From contig CALIZB010000045.1 of the NCBI GenBank assembly GCA_938028625.1, positions 192-64,191 on the forward strand: a stretch of 64,000 nucleotides of DNA, in the 5' to 3' direction. A program made the translations under genes and the position numbers. This document shows positions 47,859 through 58,506 of the stretch, piece by piece. The notes under the pieces are model-generated. The model was not told the DNA's origin and made no database searches. It saw only the letters and a list, made by a program, of their open reading frames with translations. The stretch's first letter is position 1, and every line of letters begins with the position of its first letter. The stretch comes from an uncultured Bacteroidia bacterium (lineage in GTDB: Bacteria; Bacteroidota; Bacteroidia; JANWVE01).

Positions 47859-50237
47859 ATGAAAAGTACGTTTTTTATATTACTTTTAATAGTTCTCCAT
47901 GGGTACTACATAATGGCCCAAGATAAAATATGGTTTGAAGAGAACTTTGATAACAATAAAAAAAACTGGTATTTACCAAGTGGAAGCAGTTTCAACGCAA
48001 AAATTGAAAATGGTAAATATGTAGTACATGTAAACAACGATAATCTGCAAACTATATCCAAAAATGTATATATAGACAGCGAAAAAAATTATGTATTCAC
48101 TATGAACTATATTCACAAAGAAGGTTCAGGAGATATAGGCATGGTTATACAAGGCAAGAATAATCATCTCTATGCCGTATACATTAACGGTTCTCAAAAA
48201 TTGGTCAAATTTGCAGGTATAGATAAGAATGGAAATAAATACACTTACCTGCCTAGCAAAAGAATGAAAAAAATGAAGCCCTTAGGTGAACCTAATGAGT
48301 TCATGATAAAATACAGTCCTAAAAGTGTAGCTTTTTATCTAAACAAAAAGAAGTTTTACAGTGGTTCATTGAAAAAAGAAATTCTTAATTGGGAAAATGG
48401 AAGTTTTACTTTTATGTTTAATGGTAAAGGAACATACGAAATAGATAAAGTTACGGTATATCAAGATAACGAACTCAACTTAGTCAAAGATTTAGATACT
48501 ACTTTGGTGGTTGTTCCTTTAAGTACAAATGTTAATGACCCTAAATGTAAAGACCATCTTTCACCCCTAGTTAGTCCTGATGGTAAGTACTTGTATTTTG
48601 TGAGAGATTATGGAAAAAATCAAGACATTTATGTATCCGAATGGCAAGATACAGCATGGTCATTAGCGAAACCTGTAAAAGAACTCAATAATTTAAGTGC
48701 CAACAGTTTTATTTCTATTACGCCTGATAATAATATGGCATTTTTACGGGGAGAATATGAAACAGGAAGTAATTATTCTAAACCAGGTTTTTCTATTAGT
48801 TACAGAACGGCTAATGGCTGGGGACAACCTGAAAAAGTAAATATGAAAAATTTCTATAATCATAATCAGTATAGTGAATTTTGTATGTCTGCTGATGGTA
48901 AAGTAATGATATTATCCATAGAGCGTGATGATACACACGGAGGAAAGGATTTATATGTTTCTTTCTTAAAAAGAAAAGGTAAAAAATGGTCAGAACCAGA
49001 AAATATGGGTAAAGTAATTAATCGTTTTGGTGATGAAGCTACCCCCTTTCTTGCCGCAGATGGTAGAACGCTTTACTTTGCTTCTAGTTCTCACCCTGGC
49101 TACGGTTTTTATGACATTTTTGTATCCCGCAGAATAGGAAACGGATATAAAAAATGGACAAAACCTGAAAATCTCGGTCCTATTATCAATACAGATGGTT
49201 TTGATGCTTATTATACTGTACCTGCTTCAGGAGAATACGCATATATTACGCGGGGAGATAAAATATGTAAAATCGGACTACCTAAATCTGTACGCCCAAA
49301 ACCTGTTATCTTGGTAGAAGGTAAAGTATTAAACAGTAAAGATAATACTCCCATAGAAGCTGAAATTACTTATTATGATGCTGATAATCCCAAAGAAGAA
49401 CTCGGTATTGCACGTTCAAATCCTGTTGATGGTAGCTATAAAATCGCTCTCCCCGCAGGTACAAAGTATACGTTCAGTGCAGAGAAAGAAAACTTTAATC
49501 CCACTACTGAAAAAGTAGATGCTACCAATATCACAGAATACACAGAAATTCATAGAGATTTGTATCTTACTCCCAAAGAAATGCAAGTTAAAAAACAAGC
49601 AAATTTTATTCTCAAAGGTGTAGTCTATAATGCTAAAACTAAAACCCCTATCCGTGCTAACGTAACTTTACGCGATGAAATGGGAAATTTTGCCGTAGCG
49701 GTTATTGGTTCGGATTCTACTACAGGTGCGTACAGTGTAGAAATTCCCTACAATGCTAATAATACCAAAGGATACGGTATTATAGGTACTCAAGAAGGCT
49801 ATATCCCTGCCACAGACAGAGTAGATGCTTCTAATATCAGTGAAGGTAAAGAAATTATAAAAGATTTATACCTTAATCCTATTGAAGTAGGAGTGGTAGT
49901 ACGCTTAAATAATATATTCTTTGATTTCGGTAAAGCTACCATACGTCAAGATGAGTCTATTACTGAACTCAACAGAGTAATTAAATTCTTAAAAGATAAT
50001 TCCACAGTTCAAATTGAAATTGGCGGACATACAGATAACGTAGGGGATAATGCTTATAACCAAAAACTCTCCGAAGAAAGAGCTAATGCCGTTAGAAAAT
50101 TCTTGATAGAACGCGGCGTAAGAGAGAACCAAGTTACTGCCAAAGGCTATGGCGAAACTAAACCTGTAGCTGATAATAATACCGAAGAAGGAAAACAACA
50201 AAATCGCAGAGTAGAATTTACTATTCTCAAAAAATAA
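47859..50237 (+). CDS. OmpA-family outer-membrane protein with Tol-Pal-like beta-propeller and CarboxypepD_reg-like repeats.
   Basis: Signal MKSTFFILLLIVLHGYYIMAQ. C-terminal OmpA_C domain …NNIFFDFGKATIRQD…GHTDNVGDNAYNQKLSEERANAV…RRVEF. Confidence 0.8.
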   Translation: MKSTFFILLLIVLHGYYIMAQDKIWFEENFDNNKKNWYLPSGSSFNAKIENGKYVVHVNNDNLQTISKNVYIDSEKNYVFTMNYIHKEGSGDIGMVIQGKNNHLYAVYINGSQKLVKFAGIDKNGNKYTYLPSKRMKKMKPLGEPNEFMIKYSPKSVAFYLNKKKFYSGSLKKEILNWENGSFTFMFNGKGTYEIDKVTVYQDNELNLVKDLDTTLVVVPLSTNVNDPKCKDHLSPLVSPDGKYLYFVRDYGKNQDIYVSEWQDTAWSLAKPVKELNNLSANSFISITPDNNMAFLRGEYETGSNYSKPGFSISYRTANGWGQPEKVNMKNFYNHNQYSEFCMSADGKVMILSIERDDTHGGKDLYVSFLKRKGKKWSEPENMGKVINRFGDEATPFLAADGRTLYFASSSHPGYGFYDIFVSRRIGNGYKKWTKPENLGPIINTDGFDAYYTVPASGEYAYITRGDKICKIGLPKSVRPKPVILVEGKVLNSKDNTPIEAEITYYDADNPKEELGIARSNPVDGSYKIALPAGTKYTFSAEKENFNPTTEKVDATNITEYTEIHRDLYLTPKEMQVKKQANFILKGVVYNAKTKTPIRANVTLRDEMGNFAVAVIGSDSTTGAYSVEIPYNANNTKGYGIIGTQEGYIPATDRVDASNISEGKEIIKDLYLNPIEVGVVVRLNNIFFDFGKATIRQDESITELNRVIKFLKDNSTVQIEIGGHTDNVGDNAYNQKLSEERANAVRKFLIERGVRENQVTAKGYGETKPVADNNTEEGKQQNRRVEFTILKK

Positions 50238-50264
50238 CGCCCTTTACATAGCAAGGTTGATATA

Positions 50265-50309
50265 GACCAGTTTACACACGCTTTTAAGGTTGTAAATTGG
50301 TCTTTTTAG
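50265..50309 (+). terminator. Rho-independent terminator after the OmpA-family gene.
   Basis: 13-bp stem agaccagtttaca / tgtaaattggtct then TTTTT. Confidence 0.6.
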
Positions 50310-50348
50310 CTTATAATTGCCAAAATTTTCTGTATTTTTGCATAAAAT

Positions 50349-51080
50349 ATGAACTATAAAATTTCTTTGCCCGTTTTTGAAGGTCCTTTTGATTTATTGC
50401 TTTTTTTTATTGAACGAGATGAACTAGACATCTATGATATTCCTATTCATACTTTAACCAATGATTTTTTGGCATATATTCAGCAAATGGAACAGAAAGA
50501 TATAGAACTGAGTGCAGAGTTTATGATAGTTGCCGCTACGCTCATGAATATCAAAGCAAGAATGCTTATTCCAAGACTTTCTGTAAACGAAAAAGGTGAG
50601 AAAACAGACCCGCGCGAAGAACTTGTCAACCGAATTTTAGAATACAAACGCTATAAAGTAGCCGTAGCAGAACTGCAACTATTAGAAAATATCCGTTTAG
50701 AACAATTTAATAGAGGTTTTACTCAAAAAGAACAAGAATTTCTTAAAAACAGCATTGCTCCCGAAGAAGAACTTTTGCCTGTAAATCTTTATACTCTGCT
50801 TAAAACTTATAAGAAACTTTTAGAACGGCATCATTTGCAAAAAAACATTACGCCGCATACCGTAGTACAATATCCTTATACTATTGAAACGCAGATAGAA
50901 TTTTTAGATACACAACTCTATCAACAAGATAAACTCTCTTTTATTCAGATTATCAGTATCAATTCTCACCGACTTTTTTTGCTTTTTACCTTTCTTGCTA
51001 TTCTGCAATTAGTTCAGGAACAGAAAATACAAATCATTGTCGGAGAGGGCTATAACAACTTTTGGATTGTAAGAAATTAA
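50349..51080 (+). CDS. scpA: Segregation and condensation protein A.
   Basis: N-terminal FEGPFDLLLFFIERDELDIYDIPI motif of ScpA. Confidence 0.8.
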   Translation: MNYKISLPVFEGPFDLLLFFIERDELDIYDIPIHTLTNDFLAYIQQMEQKDIELSAEFMIVAATLMNIKARMLIPRLSVNEKGEKTDPREELVNRILEYKRYKVAVAELQLLENIRLEQFNRGFTQKEQEFLKNSIAPEEELLPVNLYTLLKTYKKLLERHHLQKNITPHTVVQYPYTIETQIEFLDTQLYQQDKLSFIQIISINSHRLFLLFTFLAILQLVQEQKIQIIVGEGYNNFWIVRN

Positions 51081-51139
51081 AGTGATTAGGATAAAAATCA
51101 CATGTTTTTTGGCTTACGTTTCTTTTTTGTATTTTTACC

Positions 51140-52471
51140 GTGATGATTACAATAGTAGGTGCAGGATTAGCAGGTTCTTTGATGGCTGTTTATCTTGCAA
51201 AAAAAGGATATGCCGTACAAATTTATGAACGCCGCCCAGACATGCGCATCAATAACTGGGAACGCGGACGTTCTATCAATTTAGCCATTTCTCAAAGAGG
51301 TATTCATGCGCTGGAACAAGTAAACCTGTGGCAAGATATACTTAAAATTGCTATTCCTATGCGAGGGCGCATGATACATGATAGACAACAAAACCTTACT
51401 TTTCAACCGTATGGCATACATGAACACGAAGTTATTTATTCCGTTTCCCGTTCTGCACTAAATATCGCACTTATGAACGCCGCAGAACAACTCGGAGTAA
51501 GTATGCATTTCAATCACCGCTGTATTAACGTAGAAAAACACGAAAATCACGTAAATCTGTACTTTTGGCACGAAATAGAAAATAAAGAAATTATTCATAC
51601 CGCAAACACTGTCATTGGGGCTGACGGTGCATTCTCTGCTATAAGACAAAACACCTTCAAATTAGAACGCTTTACCTATTCTCAAACTTTCTTGGACTGG
51701 GGTTACAAAGAACTCACTATTCCCGCAGGTGAGAATGGTAGTTTTCAGATAGAAAAAAACGCTCTCCATATATGGCCCCGCCATGATTACATGCTTATTG
51801 CTCTGCCTAATACTGACGGTTCTTTTACTTGTACCTTGTTTTTGCCTTTTGAAGGTGAAATCAGTTTTGAAAATATAGCCACTGATGACCAGATAAACGC
51901 TTTTTTTGAACAAAACTTCCCTGATGCCAAAGCCCTCATGCCAAATTTGATACAAGAGTATAAAGCTAATCCTGTATCTACATTAGTTTATATACAATGT
52001 TCTCCTTGGTATTACAAAGATAAAATTGCCCTCATAGGTGATGCCTGCCATGCCGTAGTACCTTTTTACGGACAAGGCGCCAATGCGTCTTTTGAAGACT
52101 GTTTCGTACTACAGTCCATTATTGATAAGTATCCCAATCAGTGGGGTAGAATATTTGAAGAGTACCACAAAGCCCGCAAAATAAACGCTGATGCTATATG
52201 TCAGCTCGCTTTACAGAACTTTGTAGAAATGCAATCCAAAGTGGCAGATAAAAAATTCCTGCTCCGCAAACAAATTGAACAAAAACTCTACGAAAAACAC
52301 GGTAAAAAATTCACCCCGCAGTATAATCTTGTTACTCATACGAATATCCCTTATTCCGAAGCCCTGCGCATAGGAAAATTACAGGACGGTTTTTTACAGG
52401 AACTCGCAAACCGCATCAATGACATCTCAGAATTAGACTTTGATAAAATACAAATTCCTCAATTTGAATAA
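51140..52471 (+). CDS. kmo: Kynurenine 3-monooxygenase (FAD-dependent).
   Basis: FAD fingerprint IVGAGLAGSL…YERR. KMO-specific GRSINLAIS and ALHIWPRHDYMLIALPNTDGSFTCTLFL (cf. Pseudomonas KMO [28 protein letters not shown]). Confidence 0.8.
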   Translation: MMITIVGAGLAGSLMAVYLAKKGYAVQIYERRPDMRINNWERGRSINLAISQRGIHALEQVNLWQDILKIAIPMRGRMIHDRQQNLTFQPYGIHEHEVIYSVSRSALNIALMNAAEQLGVSMHFNHRCINVEKHENHVNLYFWHEIENKEIIHTANTVIGADGAFSAIRQNTFKLERFTYSQTFLDWGYKELTIPAGENGSFQIEKNALHIWPRHDYMLIALPNTDGSFTCTLFLPFEGEISFENIATDDQINAFFEQNFPDAKALMPNLIQEYKANPVSTLVYIQCSPWYYKDKIALIGDACHAVVPFYGQGANASFEDCFVLQSIIDKYPNQWGRIFEEYHKARKINADAICQLALQNFVEMQSKVADKKFLLRKQIEQKLYEKHGKKFTPQYNLVTHTNIPYSEALRIGKLQDGFLQELANRINDISELDFDKIQIPQFE

Positions 52472-52477
52472 CAAACT

Positions 52478-52909
52478 ATGATACAGGAAATTTCATCAGA
52501 ACAAACGTATCCTTTACGGTCAGAAATTTTGAGATGGGGACAAGTCCCCCCTGAAAAATGTGGTAACCCCGAAGATATTCTGGACGGCAGTTTTCACCTT
52601 GGATATTTTGAAAATAACAAACTTGTCGGTATTGCATCTTTTCACATTGAACCTATGCCCGATAACCCAAATAAAGCTTATCGCTTGCGTGGTATGGCTG
52701 TGGCTAAATCACATCAAAATAAGGGTATCGGTAAAAAACTTGTACAATATGCCATTGAATTACTCAAAAATAAAAACGTTGAATACTTATGGTGCAATGC
52801 TCGCACTTCTGCTAAATATTTCTATGAGAAAATGAACTTTGAAACCTTCTCCGAAGAATTTGAAATTCCTAACATAGGACCTCATTACCGTATGCGTATT
52901 AAACTTTGA
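52478..52909 (+). CDS. GNAT-family N-acetyltransferase.
   Basis: Acetyl-CoA binding motif LRGMAVAKSHQNKGIGKKLV. Confidence 0.7.
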   Translation: MIQEISSEQTYPLRSEILRWGQVPPEKCGNPEDILDGSFHLGYFENNKLVGIASFHIEPMPDNPNKAYRLRGMAVAKSHQNKGIGKKLVQYAIELLKNKNVEYLWCNARTSAKYFYEKMNFETFSEEFEIPNIGPHYRMRIKL

Positions 52910-52912
52910 ATT

Positions 52913-54175
52913 ATGGAAAAACGAACTTTCTTACAGACTTTACTTACAATGGGACTTTCTACTGCCTTTTGGCAAGAATTATCTGCACTTGATGTCAGTT
53001 CTGAATATAAAATTCTTTCAGATATCCAAGATGATGAAAAATTTTGGAAGCATATCCGAAGTTTGTATATGCTCAAAGAGGAGTATATTAACCTTGAAAA
53101 TGGTTGGTATAATTTTTTACCTAAACCTATTCTCAAAGCCTATTTTGAACAAGTAGAAAAACTCAACCGTGAAGCCACATACTATATGCGCACACGCCTG
53201 TTTGATGATAACATTGAAATCCGCAAGCAATTAGCGCAGGTTGTAGGATGCCGTTATGAGGAATTAGTGATTACAAGAAATACCACAGAGTCCATAGATA
53301 CTATTATCATAGGTACAGACTGGAAACCAGGTGATGAAGTAATATTTAATGCACAGGAATATCCTGCCATGATAGATATGTTCAAGATACAAGCACGCAG
53401 ATATGGCATTGTCAATAAAATAATATCTATTCCCAATAATCCCAAGAGTGATGAGGAAATTGTAGAAATATACCGAAAAGCAATAACTCCTAAAACAAAA
53501 ATGATACTCATCAGCCATATGATTAACATTACAGGACAAATTCTACCTGTAAAAAAAATATGCGACATGGCACGTGAAAAAGGTATTTTTACCATAGTTG
53601 ACGGCGCACATGCTATTGCACACATAGATTTCAAAATATCTGACCTTAATTGTGATGTGTATGCATCCAGTTTGCATAAATGGCTATCCGTTCCATTAGG
53701 AGCAGGTTTGCTTTATGTACGTAAAGATAAAATTAAAGATATATGGTGTTTATTTGGTGAAACAGGCTATCCTGATGATGATATTCGTAAGTTAAACCAT
53801 ACAGGTACGCACCCTGCACATACTGTCCTGACCATTCCCGCATCTATTGAGTTTTATCAAAACATAGGTGCAAAACGCAAAGAAAACCGCCTGCGCTACA
53901 TACAGGAATATTGGACACAAAAAGTAAGAAATCTACCCAATGTAATACTCAACACTCCTGAACAAAGTGAACGTGCCTGTGGCATTGCAAACGTGGGTAT
54001 AAAACACATCAAACCTGCTGACCTTGCCAAAATCCTGTTAGAAAAATACAAAATATGGACAGTTGCCATTGAACACCCCGAAGTACAAGGCGTAAGAATT
54101 ACGCCTAATGTATTTACTACTACACAAGAATTAGATAGATTAGTGCAGGCTGTTATAGAGTTGAGCAAAACATAA
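52913..54175 (+). CDS. Aminotransferase class-V fold PLP enzyme (isopenicillin-N-epimerase / cysteine-desulfurase-like) with Tat-like N-terminal signal.
   Basis: N-terminus MEKRTFLQTLLTMGLSTAFWQELSA (KR-variant twin-arginine-like). SLHKWL PLP-lysine region. Confidence 0.6.
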   Translation: MEKRTFLQTLLTMGLSTAFWQELSALDVSSEYKILSDIQDDEKFWKHIRSLYMLKEEYINLENGWYNFLPKPILKAYFEQVEKLNREATYYMRTRLFDDNIEIRKQLAQVVGCRYEELVITRNTTESIDTIIIGTDWKPGDEVIFNAQEYPAMIDMFKIQARRYGIVNKIISIPNNPKSDEEIVEIYRKAITPKTKMILISHMINITGQILPVKKICDMAREKGIFTIVDGAHAIAHIDFKISDLNCDVYASSLHKWLSVPLGAGLLYVRKDKIKDIWCLFGETGYPDDDIRKLNHTGTHPAHTVLTIPASIEFYQNIGAKRKENRLRYIQEYWTQKVRNLPNVILNTPEQSERACGIANVGIKHIKPADLAKILLEKYKIWTVAIEHPEVQGVRITPNVFTTTQELDRLVQAVIELSKT

Positions 54176-54303
54176 AACAAGAAAATGATTTATCTACTCT
54201 TTAATCTCTGATTTTTTCAGAACTATTCATAACAAGTCTAATTTGTCCGCGTAAAGAAAATTTGTGAAAACTCCATAAATACATACGATAAAAACAAAAC
54301 ATC

Positions 54304-55083
54304 TCATACCGCCACAGGCGCTTTAATAGCTGGGTGATACTGATAGTTATGCAAGATAATATCGGAGTAGGTAAAATCAAAAATGTTTTTGACTTCGGGA
54401 TTTAATTCTATTTTGGGTAATGGATAAGGTTCTCTACTTAATTGCAAGTTTACCTGTTCCAGATGATTCTGATAAATATGAGTATCGCCTCCTGTCCAGA
54501 TAAATTCATGTGGAATTTTATCTGTTACCTGCGCTACCATCATTAAAAGCAACGCATAAGAAGCAATGTTAAAAGGTAAACCTAAAAAAACATCACAACT
54601 TCGCTGATATAACTGCAAACTTAATTTATCTCCTTGACAATAAAACTGAAATAGAATATGACAAGGAGGTAATTTCATTTTTGGAATTTCAGCAACATTC
54701 CAAGCACTAACTATCATTCTTCGGCTATCAGGATTTTTTTTGATAGTGTCTATTACTTCCTGAATTTGATTATGTCCGTTCCAATCAACCCACTGTTTGC
54801 CATATACAGGACCTAAATCTCCGTTTTCATCTGCCCATTCGTCCCATATCGTAACACCGTTTTCTTGCAAGTATTTTACATTAGTATCTCCCTTTAAAAA
54901 CCATAAAAGTTCATATACTACGGATTTGAAATGCACTTTTTTGGTAGTAATTAACGGAAATCCTTCATCAAGATTAAAACGTAGCTGTCTGCCAAATACA
55001 GAATATGTACCTGTACCTGTTCTGTCTTGTTTGAAAGTGCCGTTTTGTAAAATATCCCGCAGTAGGTCATGATAAACGTTCAT
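54304..55083 (-). CDS. thyA: Thymidylate synthase.
   Basis: [31 protein letters not shown]…, PPCH, and other ThyA hallmarks. Confidence 0.9.
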   Translation of the reverse strand: MNVYHDLLRDILQNGTFKQDRTGTGTYSVFGRQLRFNLDEGFPLITTKKVHFKSVVYELLWFLKGDTNVKYLQENGVTIWDEWADENGDLGPVYGKQWVDWNGHNQIQEVIDTIKKNPDSRRMIVSAWNVAEIPKMKLPPCHILFQFYCQGDKLSLQLYQRSCDVFLGLPFNIASYALLLMMVAQVTDKIPHEFIWTGGDTHIYQNHLEQVNLQLSREPYPLPKIELNPEVKNIFDFTYSDIILHNYQYHPAIKAPVAV

Positions 55084-55256
55084 GGTTGCGAAGATACGAA
55101 TTAAATAAAGCAAAAAGAAAGGATCTTTTCATAATTTTTAGCTGTGCTTTTTTAGAACAGTATCTCAAGAAAATATGACCCAACTCTGTAAATCTACAAA
55201 AAATTATGGTATAATATCAAAATAGACGTACTCAGGATATACTCGCAAAATGATGC

Positions 55257-56162
55257 CTAACTGAGTTTTTTGGCTACCTGTTCAGGTGAAGGAATATGAA
55301 AAGTACTCCATTTGTGCAATATAACATTATCCTTTACTAGTACACAACTCGGAAAAGAGCGTATCATTGTTTTGAGCAGGTCTTTATCCGTGCTGTAAAT
55401 AGGAAAATGCGGTTTTTTGACTTCATTAAAAAACTTAATATCCGATTTTACTTCGCCAGATAAACCAATAACTGTGTAAGGTGCTTGTTCTTGTAAAGCT
55501 AATTTTTCTAAACTATTCCACTGTGGAATAGGCTTTTTTACATCAAGAATAATAATGAGATACGTCCCTTTGGATAAATCTTTTTCTATACCCGTAATAG
55601 GAAAAGGATTACCATTTTTATATTCATGAAATTCTATTAAGGGTATGTTTCTGTACGAATAAATAGTTATCCAACCACTGATAACCGTGAACAGCGCTAC
55701 GGTAAGATTTACCCATACTTCATTTTTGAGGTAAGGTAAAATTTCTTTACGTTGTCTAAATATCACACTGATAAAAACCATTAAAATAATATCTTTGATA
55801 AAAGATTGTTTTGGAGTAAATTTTATAGCTTCTCCAAAACAACCACAACTTTTTACCGCACCTGTAAGGGCAGAATATCCTGTAAGAAAAGTAAAATACA
55901 ACATCATCAGTAAGGCTATCCATGCTGTAATACGCATCTTAAAACCTACCAACATAGCCGCACCTACGGCAATTTCTAATACAGAAATAAACATGGCTAA
56001 ACCTACAGAATACGCATCTAAAAAAGGTAAATGAAATACCTTATGAAAATACTCATCTAATTTTCGGCTAAATGCCACAGGGTCTACTACTTTTACAAAA
56101 CCTGATATAATGAACCATATTCCACATATCCATAAACTTAACCATGTAAAAACTGTACGCAT
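55257..56162 (-). CDS. MauE/DoxX-like membrane protein fused to a C-terminal thioredoxin-like domain.
   Basis: 4 TM segments. CGCFGE motif typical of the MauE/DoxX family. The C-terminal ~150 aa is soluble. Confidence 0.45.
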   Translation of the reverse strand: MRTVFTWLSLWICGIWFIISGFVKVVDPVAFSRKLDEYFHKVFHLPFLDAYSVGLAMFISVLEIAVGAAMLVGFKMRITAWIALLMMLYFTFLTGYSALTGAVKSCGCFGEAIKFTPKQSFIKDIILMVFISVIFRQRKEILPYLKNEVWVNLTVALFTVISGWITIYSYRNIPLIEFHEYKNGNPFPITGIEKDLSKGTYLIIILDVKKPIPQWNSLEKLALQEQAPYTVIGLSGEVKSDIKFFNEVKKPHFPIYSTDKDLLKTMIRSFPSCVLVKDNVILHKWSTFHIPSPEQVAKKLS

Positions 56163-56250
56163 AGCGGCAAAAATATAACTCTCATACCAAAATTCAAAAT
56201 ACGTACTTATACGGATAGACTGCCATTTTACTTTGTTTTACTTTTGTAAC

Positions 56251-57192
56251 ATGAAAACAGCATACATTATTTTATCATATTTTGTTTGTGCACTAGTTTT
56301 TGCACAGTATGAAGGTCAGCCTACCTTAAATCTTGGCTACGGATTTTCAGGAGGACGCTTTGACAATGGTATATTCAAAGCCCGATATAATACTGACCAA
56401 GGAAAAGCAGAAATAAATAAGGTCACAGATGAAAATAAGTATCAAACTAATTTGTACCCCATAGAAATTGAAATTCTAACAAAAAACATCTTATTCAGAA
56501 CAGGATATTGGATACCCGGGAGTGAAGAAAATAACTATTATTCCAAAGCCTACGTAGTACCAGCCTATCAATTAGAGATGGCTTTTGGCGGGTATGCGGG
56601 ACGTTTTGGCTTATTTGGAGGCTTTCATTACTTTGGAACAGTTATGAAAGGTACTGTAAAAACTGACAATTCTCTATGGAAAAACTATGGTGCTACTTTA
56701 CCTACAGCTATAACCTCTCCTGTACAAATACGCCCACAAGATACCGCATTCAAGTACTATTATGTCAGTAAAATGGGCTGGAACGAACAAGGATTAAATG
56801 CACATCTTTGTATTGGGAAAAAAAGGCTTAAAAAATTCAGTTATTACATAAATCTTACTTCCACCAGTGCCAATTTTATGGACGTAAAGCAAAAAGCACG
56901 CGGCATAGGACATGTGTTTGAGTTCAGCACTATTATTCCGTTTAATAAAAACAAAGACTGGGGACTATTCTACCGCTTTGGTGTAAGAGTAAATGAAACT
57001 AAACAACTTGTCATAGACCAAAGCTACTTTCCTGCTACACGTGTAACTCAAACCTATTTTATGGTAGGCTTATTTTTACCTGCTACTATACTTACTGTTT
57101 GTACAGAAGAAAGCGGTAGTAGTAGCAACAGAGATAACCCCTTAAAAAGATGGGGAGAAATGTGGTATGATTATAGTAAAAATAGAAGATAA
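56251..57192 (+). CDS. Hypothetical secreted / outer-membrane protein.
   Basis: Signal MKTAYIILSYFVCALVFAQ. Rich in aromatic/Gly beta-strand-like segments. Confidence 0.35.
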   Translation: MKTAYIILSYFVCALVFAQYEGQPTLNLGYGFSGGRFDNGIFKARYNTDQGKAEINKVTDENKYQTNLYPIEIEILTKNILFRTGYWIPGSEENNYYSKAYVVPAYQLEMAFGGYAGRFGLFGGFHYFGTVMKGTVKTDNSLWKNYGATLPTAITSPVQIRPQDTAFKYYYVSKMGWNEQGLNAHLCIGKKRLKKFSYYINLTSTSANFMDVKQKARGIGHVFEFSTIIPFNKNKDWGLFYRFGVRVNETKQLVIDQSYFPATRVTQTYFMVGLFLPATILTVCTEESGSSSNRDNPLKRWGEMWYDYSKNRR

Positions 57193-57245
57193 AAATATAT
57201 TACCATAACATCAAATTCAGTGTGCTAATAAGTATATATTGAAAT

Positions 57246-58295
57246 ATGAAAACATATAACATCAAACCTAGTAAATTGATAGCCGTTTTTATTCTTTACA
57301 TAGTTGTTCAAAATGTTAGTGTATTGAATATTTTTGGACAAAATCCTCATATCAATGCAATTAAACATGTGAGAATCAGCCCCACAGGAAAATATGCTAT
57401 TTCTACATCAGATAATATACTGTGTATATGGTCATTAACGGAGAAAAAACTACTACATACCTTACAAGAATATACCGTAGATGTAGCCTTTATTACTGAT
57501 GAAACCTTCTATAAAGTAGAATATCAAAACAAAAAATGTATAGTCTCTTTGTATAATACTGTTTCAGGTAAAAAAGAAAAAACAGTCTTTGAAAAAGAAA
57601 ATATACTAAATGTTGTGTTATCTCCTAAAGGCAACTTCTTAGCAGGCAGACTTAATGGGACACATTTATATGTAGTAAACTTAAAGACAAATCAAGAAAT
57701 AGAAAAATTTACGACCTATCCCAGCATGGCAACTTCCACAAATTTATTATTTACTTATGATGAGAAGTATCTTTATCAGGTTTCAAACCTTAAAGTATTT
57801 AGCCGTTATATCGTTGAAACAGGAAAAAAAGATTGGGAAGTCATTAAGGAATTTAATGATAAACTGATGATTAAAACAATTGCTCATATTCAGAATAAGT
57901 GTCTGATAGCAGGAGATTTTACGATTACTTTTGATGATAATCAAGCAAAAAACTTTTACTTTTTTGGTGAAAACAAATATGAGATTTATAGTTGGCGAGA
58001 TACAAAATATACACCGTATAAGTGCATAACTAATCCTGTAACGCAAAATGAGGTTATAATGGCTTGTTCTAATAATGAAGTGGTGTTTACTTCTGGTGTG
58101 AGCAACGATATAACTCTCCAAAAACCTAAAATTAAAACAAAAAACTTTTTGAGAGATATAGACATATCTCAAAATGGGCAATTTTTAATAGTAAGCTCTT
58201 CTAGTGGTTATGTTCAAACCAAACCCGGTGAAAAAGGGTATGCAAAAATAGAAATATACGACTGGATAGATAAAAAGAAAATTATAGAATTCTGA
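57246..58295 (+). CDS. Hypothetical secreted beta-propeller-like protein.
   Basis: Signal-like N-terminus and WD40-like strands (…ISTSDNILCIWSL…). Confidence 0.35.
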   Translation: MKTYNIKPSKLIAVFILYIVVQNVSVLNIFGQNPHINAIKHVRISPTGKYAISTSDNILCIWSLTEKKLLHTLQEYTVDVAFITDETFYKVEYQNKKCIVSLYNTVSGKKEKTVFEKENILNVVLSPKGNFLAGRLNGTHLYVVNLKTNQEIEKFTTYPSMATSTNLLFTYDEKYLYQVSNLKVFSRYIVETGKKDWEVIKEFNDKLMIKTIAHIQNKCLIAGDFTITFDDNQAKNFYFFGENKYEIYSWRDTKYTPYKCITNPVTQNEVIMACSNNEVVFTSGVSNDITLQKPKIKTKNFLRDIDISQNGQFLIVSSSSGYVQTKPGEKGYAKIEIYDWIDKKKIIEF

Positions 58296-58381
58296 TACAC
58301 AAATTTAAGTATAGCAATAAAAACTTCAATATTTGCGTACACAGCAATATAAAAAAACCTATTTATGTTTCTCTTTAATAA

Positions 58382-58416
58382 GCCCGAACATCAAAACTCG
58401 GGCATTATTTTTTTTA
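58382..58416 (+). terminator. Rho-independent terminator after 57246..58295.
   Basis: gcccga–loop–tcgggc followed by attattttttttt. Confidence 0.55.
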
Positions 58417-58506
58417 TAATACCCTCCTGAATTCAAATTGAGGGGTTAGCACTCTAACTTTTAGATTTTCACGGTTATATTTTTGTAACATAATCTTAAC
58501 CTGAAT

